Below, in pieces: positions 58,078 through 64,000 of a stretch of DNA of 64,000 nucleotides. The notes beneath the pieces were generated by a model. It did not search any database and was not told the origin of the DNA. It saw nothing but the letters and a program-made list of their open reading frames with translations. Position numbers and translations under genes: made by a program. Source of the DNA: a phage; the sequence record PZ445526.1, one strand, 5' to 3'. How positions within the stretch are numbered: position 1 is the first letter of the stretch; every line of letters starts with the position of its first letter.

Positions 58078-58107
58078 ATAGTACCACAGAGGAACGGTCT
58101 TGTAAAC
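58078..58107 (-). promoter_or_regulatory. early promoter cassette
   Basis: GTTTAC-N18-TACTAT, TGG-extended; near-identical to 6341-6370. Confidence 0.6.
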
Positions 58108-58109
58108 AA

Positions 58110-58424
58110 CTAAAAGAAACTTCTTTCACAATTTTTTCCACTAAACCATGCGCTAACCGCTTTCTTAGTCTCAGGAGCAGTGTTATCCATAAACCATTCA
58201 AAAGCAGCCTTTTTATGATTCTGGAGGGCTTCTCGGGCTTTAATCTGCTCACGGTCTATTAACACTAACATATGAGCCTTTCTTGTCACCAGGGGCTTCT
58301 TATGATTTTTTGAATATTCCCAATCATTTGTCCATCGCATCGTTGTTGCGAATTGAAGTACAGCTTCTTTAATCTTAGTTTCGTAAATTTCACGAGCCTT
58401 TGAGTATAACATCATTACCTCCAT
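58110..58424 (-). CDS. hypothetical protein (104 aa)
   Basis: ORF track. Confidence 0.5.
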   Translation of the reverse strand: MEVMMLYSKAREIYETKIKEAVLQFATTMRWTNDWEYSKNHKKPLVTRKAHMLVLIDREQIKAREALQNHKKAAFEWFMDNTAPETKKAVSAWFSGKNCERSFF

Positions 58425-58513
58425 TTACTAGTTTAATTCTAGTCATCTTTTTGATGGCAGTCCATATAATCTATTTCTGAACTGCCTTTTTGTCATAGAA
58501 GTCCTCTTATGAA

Positions 58514-59482
58514 TTATTTCAGAAGAGTAACCTCAGCGATTTCTTCCCAACCGTTTTTGTCGGTCATAATAAAGTCAGCAAGATAAAGAGCAGTACGCAG
58601 TGAAACATTGCGTAAACGATTAACATTGACTTTCATCCATGATAATGCTTTATAAGTTTCTTCATCAGAAAGACCGCGCTTTTGCATCATGTCGGTTGAA
58701 AGAATAACATCTTCAACCCTGACCATAATTTCTTCATTAGTGTGAACACCCAAATCCAAATAAACTGAGCGGGACACTAATGCTTGTAAATGTGGAGCAA
58801 GTTTAGTACCACGGTCTAATTCGCGGTCAATGTCAACGTTTGTGATAAAAACAATCGTTCCTTTAAATTCAAACTCACGCTCAATGCCTTTTTCTTCTAA
58901 GTAAGAAGATGCAGTGCTCCAGCAGACTTTACGGGTCTCTCCAGTGTCCAGAGCAGCTTTCAGAAGATTAAGAATGTCCATATCAGAGAAAACATCCACA
59001 TCATCAATCAAAAGGACAGAATTCTCTTCACGATTATTCCAAAGCTGTTCATAAAGACCAATACCAGAGATTTTACCATTAATGCTTTTATATTCAATGT
59101 ATCCAATATCATTTGCTTTATTTAAAGCTTTATCTAAAGAATACGTTTTACCAATACCCGCCGCACCAGAGATAATTAATGAACGAATGTTTCCGTTAAT
59201 AATACCATTCGTCATCATTCCCATAACATTAAATCTTTTATTAATGCGGGTTTTCATATCTTCATATGATTCTTTAACTTCTTCAACTTTTACACCATCA
59301 TATGAAATGTCTGATTTGTAAACCCAAACACCGCGACGTTTACCGTCAATTTCAACAAAAACTTTACCATCTCCTTGTGCATCTACCGGAGCATTATCTG
59401 GGAACCATTCACCTAAGAGCTCAAAAGTTCCAGAGATTTCTTTACCGAAGTAGATACCCTTATTGATAGTTACAGTTTTCAT
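58514..59482 (-). CDS. AAA+/P-loop ATPase (322 aa)
   Basis: Walker A GAAGIGKT, Walker B LLIDDVD, sensor-1-like FITN; trimmed to ATG behind leader; early promoter 59517-59546. Confidence 0.6.
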   Translation of the reverse strand: MKTVTINKGIYFGKEISGTFELLGEWFPDNAPVDAQGDGKVFVEIDGKRRGVWVYKSDISYDGVKVEEVKESYEDMKTRINKRFNVMGMMTNGIINGNIRSLIISGAAGIGKTYSLDKALNKANDIGYIEYKSINGKISGIGLYEQLWNNREENSVLLIDDVDVFSDMDILNLLKAALDTGETRKVCWSTASSYLEEKGIEREFEFKGTIVFITNVDIDRELDRGTKLAPHLQALVSRSVYLDLGVHTNEEIMVRVEDVILSTDMMQKRGLSDEETYKALSWMKVNVNRLRNVSLRTALYLADFIMTDKNGWEEIAEVTLLK

Positions 59483-59516
59483 TTTATTCTCCAAATCCGT
59501 ATCAGTTGATAGTTGT

Positions 59517-59546
59517 ATAGTACCATAAAGCTTTATGCTTGTAAAC
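59517..59546 (-). promoter_or_regulatory. early promoter for AAA+ ATPase gene
   Basis: GTTTAC-N18-TACTAT, TGG-extended; directly after terminator 59566-59593. Confidence 0.6.
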
Positions 59547-59565
59547 CGTTTTGTGAAAAAATTTT

Positions 59566-59593
59566 GAAATAAAAAGGGAGCCCGAAGGCTCCC
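59566..59593 (-). terminator. rho-independent terminator after nucleotidyltransferase gene
   Basis: GGGAGCC-UUCG-GGCUCCC followed by UUUUUAUUU. Confidence 0.6.
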
Positions 59594-59595
59594 TA

Positions 59596-60609
59596 TCATT
59601 TATAATAACTTCGGTGGTTTTCAAGATAGACCTTCTCAAGGAAGTCATCCCAGAAACCCATGTCTACTTTTTGCTGCATACCGTTCTTAGAAGCTTCAGT
59701 AGATGCTGCTTCTACTTGATCGACCACATCTTCCAAAAACTCTTGAACTGTTTTAAATGGATGTTTACCCAACTTCACGTCGAGAATAAATGGAGCATCT
59801 TGGAGTGGATAAACCAAGTCACCAGTTTTGTAAATTTCCAATAGTTGAAGTCCACCACGACAAGCATGGCTCAGAGCTTTCCAGTCAATACCTTCATTGG
59901 CTTCGGCCTTACGAGCACGTTCACCGTATTCAGCATCTAATTTGTTCAGTGACTGCTTAAGCTCAATAAGAGAAAGCGTTGTCTGATATTTACGACCCAA
60001 CACAGTGTAGAACGTTTGTGGGCCTGTTTTCTCATGATTATGGAACACCCATTCACAGAATTCGTTTTCTGGAAGACGATGCTTAATATCTTCAACTTTA
60101 GTACGACGCTGCTTAATGGAACCGTCTTCTTGGTAATCAACCCATTGCTCAGGGATTTGATTAACTACTTTCAATACATCGCGTAATGCAGCCAAACGAG
60201 AACCCTTGACACCGTATTTAGAAGCTTGCTTGCGAACATATCCTAAATAGGATTTCATGTTAGTCGTATAAAAACGAGAACGGTTGTCTTGAATAAACTT
60301 CCACACATCAGGCAAATCAGATTTAACCACTAGTTCAGGTGGAGTGTGAAGCATATCCAATGCTACAGTTTCACCATCTGCTGCTAATTTAAAGAAATAT
60401 TTAAGACTGTATAGTTCATGGTCAATATCATCTTTAGTGTTTTTAGATGATGTGTTGTTAGTGTTTTTACTCATGTGCTCTTTAACATTTCCAATAAGAA
60501 TATCACGAGCAGGAGGAACAAAGATTTCTTTAAAATCTACATCAGATTCTAGAGTAGAAGTTCCATAAAGATGACTACCAAAATAGCTTTTCATTACTGT
60601 TTTCATCAT
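59596..60609 (-). CDS. Pol-beta superfamily nucleotidyltransferase-like protein (337 aa)
   Basis: N-terminal signature YFGSHLYGTSTLESDVDF (G-S ... D-x-D) with third acidic residue in VALDMLH. Confidence 0.6.
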   Translation of the reverse strand: MMKTVMKSYFGSHLYGTSTLESDVDFKEIFVPPARDILIGNVKEHMSKNTNNTSSKNTKDDIDHELYSLKYFFKLAADGETVALDMLHTPPELVVKSDLPDVWKFIQDNRSRFYTTNMKSYLGYVRKQASKYGVKGSRLAALRDVLKVVNQIPEQWVDYQEDGSIKQRRTKVEDIKHRLPENEFCEWVFHNHEKTGPQTFYTVLGRKYQTTLSLIELKQSLNKLDAEYGERARKAEANEGIDWKALSHACRGGLQLLEIYKTGDLVYPLQDAPFILDVKLGKHPFKTVQEFLEDVVDQVEAASTEASKNGMQQKVDMGFWDDFLEKVYLENHRSYYK

Positions 60610-61067
60610 TCAGCCTTATATTCAATAACAGGACATACTTTAGCTTTACGAGCTTTTAAAAATTCAACGATAACCGATTTCTTGGGTTGAATAGGAGGTA
60701 AACCTTTATACGCCCTATCAATATTTTCTACGTGTAAAGCATAATCCTTTTTCCATTTATAATCTTTATATTTTTCACGCAAATGTGCAGGAATAACAAA
60801 TGAACCGATAATAAGTAAAACAACCAAAAGCGCAAGTATAAATGCTGATGGAAGCAAAGTCCATAAACTACCAAAAATAATCCAACGCTGTAGGCTTTCT
60901 GCACAAATAATTGTTAGCCCTACGAGTATAGCACATCCAAAAATAGAAACGAAAAATGTAGGAATGGCAATAGACCAAAAATATGCGCATAGTGTCTTAG
61001 GTCGTTGCCATTCATCGTTAAACAATTTGAATAATTTATAGTGCCAAGAGTTTTCATTAATAATCAT
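60606..61067 (-). CDS. hypothetical membrane protein (153 aa)
   Basis: ORF track; about three hydrophobic helices. Confidence 0.55.
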   Translation of the reverse strand: MIINENSWHYKLFKLFNDEWQRPKTLCAYFWSIAIPTFFVSIFGCAILVGLTIICAESLQRWIIFGSLWTLLPSAFILALLVVLLIIGSFVIPAHLREKYKDYKWKKDYALHVENIDRAYKGLPPIQPKKSVIVEFLKARKAKVCPVIEYKAE

Positions 61068-61069
61068 AA

Positions 61070-61591
61070 TTATCCTTTCATTGAAGGCGTAACGGTTGTT
61101 AAATACTTAATCATAGCTTCAGCTTCTGATTTTGATAATGAAATTTCTCCATTGTTTTGACGAATAGAAATAAAATCCGGATGACGGTCACCACCAGCTT
61201 TTAAAACACACATATAAGTATCAACTTCGCCTTCAATATTTGAAATGATTGAAGCAGTTCCACATGAATGCGGTTTTTGATAAATCAATACAGCTTTTCT
61301 TCCGCCATTTGACTGCTCATAGGCTTTTAATACATCAAACAAATCAGTTCTTTTATCAATAGCTAAAATGTTATTTTCATCTTCAATGTTAAATCCTTCG
61401 GATACTTCATAAAGCGTTACCCATAAATCACCAATGTCAATAACAGCATTTACTTTTCCACGGCTTTCAAGGGTATGACAAATTTTCTTGATTTCGTCAT
61501 AACTCATTTTAATAATATCATCTCCTTGAATAAGGAAGATGTCATTTTTAAATTCAACACGAATTAAACCGCTTCCACTTGAAATAAACAT
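61070..61591 (-). CDS. hypothetical protein (173 aa), tandem paralog E
   Basis: Shares GFNIEDEN and ...EAEAMIKYLTTVTPSM motifs with 61598..62143. Confidence 0.55.
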   Translation of the reverse strand: MFISSGSGLIRVEFKNDIFLIQGDDIIKMSYDEIKKICHTLESRGKVNAVIDIGDLWVTLYEVSEGFNIEDENNILAIDKRTDLFDVLKAYEQSNGGRKAVLIYQKPHSCGTASIISNIEGEVDTYMCVLKAGGDRHPDFISIRQNNGEISLSKSEAEAMIKYLTTVTPSMKG

Positions 61592-61597
61592 ATTTCC

Positions 61598-62143
61598 TCA
61601 CTTTGAAATCATAGTTGGAATAACAGAATCAAGATAAGTCTTTAGCGCAATAGCTTCGTCTTTGGTAAATGTGACAATATGTGCTCGAAAATCATCAATT
61701 TGACGAATAGTTAAGACATCTCCATCTTCATAACATTTTGATACGTTTAAAACAGTTTCATCATTCTGATCGCAAGCGTTAGTAATAATAGCATTGCAAT
61801 TTTTAAGCCATTTTAAACTATGTTTTCTTTCATTAGAATAATAAAAATATTTAATCTTAGTTATAAAATTATCCCAATTATTAATTGATAAGCATATTGA
61901 CTCGCTTTCAATATTAAATCCTGGGCATAAAGAATAAAAATGAATTTTATGCTCATCATTAATGCTTACAATTTTATCAGTATAAGAATTTTCAATTTGG
62001 GTTAAATGAATAATTTCGTTAGGCGTAAAATATAACATATCGTCTTCTTGTGTCAAACGATACATATTATTTACTTTTTCTATAGCCAATTCACCAAAAA
62101 GTGAACTAACTTCTAATACTAATCGTTTCGCCTCGCCCATCAT
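61598..62143 (-). CDS. hypothetical protein (181 aa), tandem paralog F
   Basis: Shares GFNIESES and ...DEAIALKTYLDSVIPTM motifs with 61070..61591; SD GAGGAG. Confidence 0.55.
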   Translation of the reverse strand: MMGEAKRLVLEVSSLFGELAIEKVNNMYRLTQEDDMLYFTPNEIIHLTQIENSYTDKIVSINDEHKIHFYSLCPGFNIESESICLSINNWDNFITKIKYFYYSNERKHSLKWLKNCNAIITNACDQNDETVLNVSKCYEDGDVLTIRQIDDFRAHIVTFTKDEAIALKTYLDSVIPTMISK

Positions 62144-62247
62144 TACATACTCCTCTGAATCATATCAATAATGTTGTTCACCAGATTATAAGTAAACATT
62201 GGGTAATTATATTGAATCATCACATACACAACAAACAAAACTTTCAT
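62143..62247 (-). CDS. 34-aa leader micro-ORF (not in ORF track)
   Basis: ATG with strong SD AAGGAGAAGAGA just downstream of promoter 62276-62305; stop overlaps next ATG (TAATG). Confidence 0.3.
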   Translation of the reverse strand: MKVLFVVYVMIQYNYPMFTYNLVNNIIDMIQRSM

Positions 62248-62275
62248 TCTCTTCTCCTTGGCAGTTGACAAGATT

Positions 62276-62305
62276 ACTATACCATAACCTTGCCAACTTG
62301 TAAAC
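62276..62305 (-). promoter_or_regulatory. early promoter cassette
   Basis: GTTTAC-N18-TATAGT, TGG-extended. Confidence 0.55.
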
Positions 62306-62470
62306 CATTAAATGACGTTTTCGATAAAATTCTGAAGCTTTGTGTGAGCATCAACCATGATTTTCATTTCTTCTTTGGCGAAAGCTATACCTCTTTCCCG
62401 AGAAGAACATTCATAGTCAGAAACTGCATTAGCATATTCTTCAATTAGCTTCATTAAAAACATCTGCTTT

Positions 62471-62665
62471 TCAGTTTTCATTATTCCACCTAATCATTTC
62501 AAGATATTGAACTAACTTAGCTTTAGATTTATCCAAATCCTTTTTAGCTGCTTCTATACCGTCGTATGAATATCCTTCACAATGCTCAACTGCTAATTGA
62601 TATGAATCTATTTCAATATCACGTGCTAATTTAATGATTTTTTCAAACTGTTCACGTGTTAGCAT
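62471..62665 (-). CDS. hypothetical protein (64 aa)
   Basis: ORF track. Confidence 0.45.
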   Translation of the reverse strand: MLTREQFEKIIKLARDIEIDSYQLAVEHCEGYSYDGIEAAKKDLDKSKAKLVQYLEMIRWNNEN

Positions 62666-62667
62666 AA

Positions 62668-62886
62668 TTAAACTCTCGTATTATGATCGATAATTTCATC
62701 AAGAAACATATCTAACGCTTCTAAAGCATTATCAACTTTAGCTTCAAATTCTTCAATACCTGATAAGGCAAAGTTAATGCGTTCCTCATCTGCTTTACGA
62801 ATTAAAGCTACCAATTCCTTAATTTTATCCGCTTGTTCGATACTAATCATTATTCCACCACATATGAAAGAGAGAATATTGCACAC
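62668..62886 (-). CDS. hypothetical protein (72 aa)
   Basis: ORF track. Confidence 0.45.
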
Positions 62887-63038
62887 GCCATGTGAGTTGC
62901 AACTTCATCACACATATTATAACGTTTCTTGAGAAGTTCTACAAGTTCTTCACTAGTAACTTCATCCATGTCGACGAAAAAATCACCATTAATGATGACG
63001 TAGATATTTCCTTCTTGATTGAGTGCTTCAATTTTCAT
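62850..63038 (-). CDS. hypothetical acidic protein (62 aa)
   Basis: Track ORF trimmed to ATG with SD GAGGAGAA; upstream part is promoter/leader DNA. Confidence 0.45.
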
Positions 63039-63066
63039 GATGTTCTCCTCTTTATCCGATAGTTGT

Positions 63067-63096
63067 ATAGTACCACAGCTCAAACGGAAAGTAAAC
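63067..63096 (-). promoter_or_regulatory. early promoter cassette
   Basis: GTTTAC-N18-TACTAT, TGG-extended; directly after terminator 63104-63129. Confidence 0.6.
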
Positions 63097-63103
63097 CGGT
63101 AAA

Positions 63104-63129
63104 ATGAAAAAAGTCTCCCGAAGGAGACT
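63104..63129 (-). terminator. rho-independent terminator
   Basis: AGUCUCC-UUCG-GGAGACU followed by UUUUUUC. Confidence 0.6.
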
Positions 63130-63133
63130 AATG

Positions 63134-63520
63134 TTATTCGAGGGAAAGAAGATACTTACTCTGGTAAAACATTCCAGTAATATCATCTATCGTGCTTTGG
63201 ATGGCTGGAGGCATTTCTTTATAAATGCTGTTAGATTGGTCTAGTATGTGATCAATCATTTTAATTGTGTCGGTAGGAAGTTTACTGGCATCTGGAATTG
63301 AAGGCGTGTATTTTCTACCAGAATACCCCAAATATTGCTCACCAAATTTATCAATCAAATCTGGCAACTCGGAGAAAATAAAATCGTATGCTTTGTGTCT
63401 AGCATAACTTTTAGTTTCAAAATGCGCAGAATGAAAATAAGCTTGTGCAGCCATTAATAAACCTAAGTATTCATCTGCCTTTGAAGGTTTTCCACTTTGT
63501 GAAAAGTCGCTGAATTTCAT
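63134..63520 (-). CDS. hypothetical protein (128 aa)
   Basis: ORF track; immediately downstream of rI. Confidence 0.5.
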
Positions 63521-63810
63521 TCAGTCTCCAATTTAATTTTCATAATTCTAGCGTATGATTGTGCCATCTCCGCGCCTCGCTCTATACATTCAAAATCAGA
63601 AGAGCACGGGTCATTTTTATAGGTCGTTCTCATAAAACTATAGAATTGTTCAGACGATTCTACGCTTTTATTTTCAAAAAGCATATAAACGTGCCTAATA
63701 CCAGATTCCATAAATTTATCAAAATGAGGATCGACATTCGCTTCAATCGATGGAGATAAAACAAATGACAATCCTAGCATGGCAAATAGTGCCGTTGCTT
63801 TTAAGGCCAT
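63517..63810 (-). CDS. rI: lysis-inhibition regulator RI
   Basis: 97 aa, MALKATALFAMLGLSFVLSPSIEANVDPHF... matches remembered T4 RI; SD GGAGG. Confidence 0.8.
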   Translation of the reverse strand: MALKATALFAMLGLSFVLSPSIEANVDPHFDKFMESGIRHVYMLFENKSVESSEQFYSFMRTTYKNDPCSSDFECIERGAEMAQSYARIMKIKLETE

Positions 63811-63822
63811 AAAGGCCTCCTA

Positions 63823-64000
63823 TCATTTTTGTCCTGTATTTACTTTATGCCGATGCACGGCCTTAACTTTATCAAGGTATTTTTCAAAATTTCGCAATCT
63901 AGTATAGTCTGCCGGAGATTGGTTGAGTGATACTTCTCGACGCAAAGCTGAAATGATATTTCCAACTTCCCTACGAATTTCATCTAATTGAAGCACAGTA
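63823..64000 (-). CDS. 3' end of a gene whose start lies beyond the window
   Basis: Open frame from window edge to TGA at 63823-63825 (...[17 protein letters not shown]). Confidence 0.4.

Noticed and set aside
58514-59599. N-terminal extensions in the ORF track such as ...GTIQLSTTDTDLENKMK, also at 57522..58109, 32699..33193, 6199..6408, 62850..63083, 6555..6836 and 54071..55123
   Set aside because: These residues are the translation of the conserved promoter/leader cassette; the real start is the ATG after the leader SD.
1-64000. Searched for tRNA genes, CRISPR repeats, group I introns and integrase/transposase genes
   Set aside because: No cloverleaf-capable conserved tRNA segments, no direct-repeat/spacer arrays, and no ORFs with recombinase or homing-endonuclease motifs were seen; the T4 tRNA cluster lies in a different genome region.

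Overview
This 64-kb window reads as one contiguous block of a T-even (T4-like) bacteriophage genome: the early/middle replication and host-takeover arm. Nearly all genes are on the minus strand, tightly packed, with many overlapping stop/start codons. Genes I recognise, in window order: 3' end of holin t (+ strand), asiA, motA, topoisomerase II gene 52, stp, ndd, denB, rIIB, rIIA, topoisomerase II gene 39 (one uninterrupted 605-codon ORF, no gene 60 split), dexA, dda, modA, modB, soc, 56, 61, sp, dmd, 41, uvsX, a GT-A type glycosyltransferase, 42, imm, 43, regA, 62, 44, 45, rpbA, 46, 47, alpha-glucosyltransferase, 55, nrdH, nrdG, nrdD (no intron), 49, nrdC and rI, plus about 70 small ORFs of unknown function. 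The regulatory layer is visible directly: 17 copies of a sigma70-type early promoter cassette (GTTTAC-N18-TAnnAT, usually TGG-extended) with a conserved leader, several MotA-box middle promoters, one TATAAATA late promoter ahead of soc, and many C(UUCG)G tetraloop hairpins. I found no rRNA, tRNA, CRISPR array, intron or homing-endonuclease gene. The best candidates for an under-characterised system are a four-gene coiled-coil paralog family (53.1-57.1 kb) and an adjacent AAA+ ATPase / Pol-beta-type nucleotidyltransferase pair (58.5-60.6 kb); tandem paralog pairs, a lone plus-strand membrane micro-protein between genes 56 and 61, and chains of translationally coupled hydrophobic micro-ORFs are also worth a look. 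Everything rests on reading the sequence plus remembered T4 biology; no database search was run, so T4 gene names are assignments by remembered sequence, length and synteny. The ORF track uses GTG/TTG as well as ATG starts and often extends ORFs through promoter/leader DNA; where an internal ATG with a Shine-Dalgarno fits better I give the trimmed coordinates.
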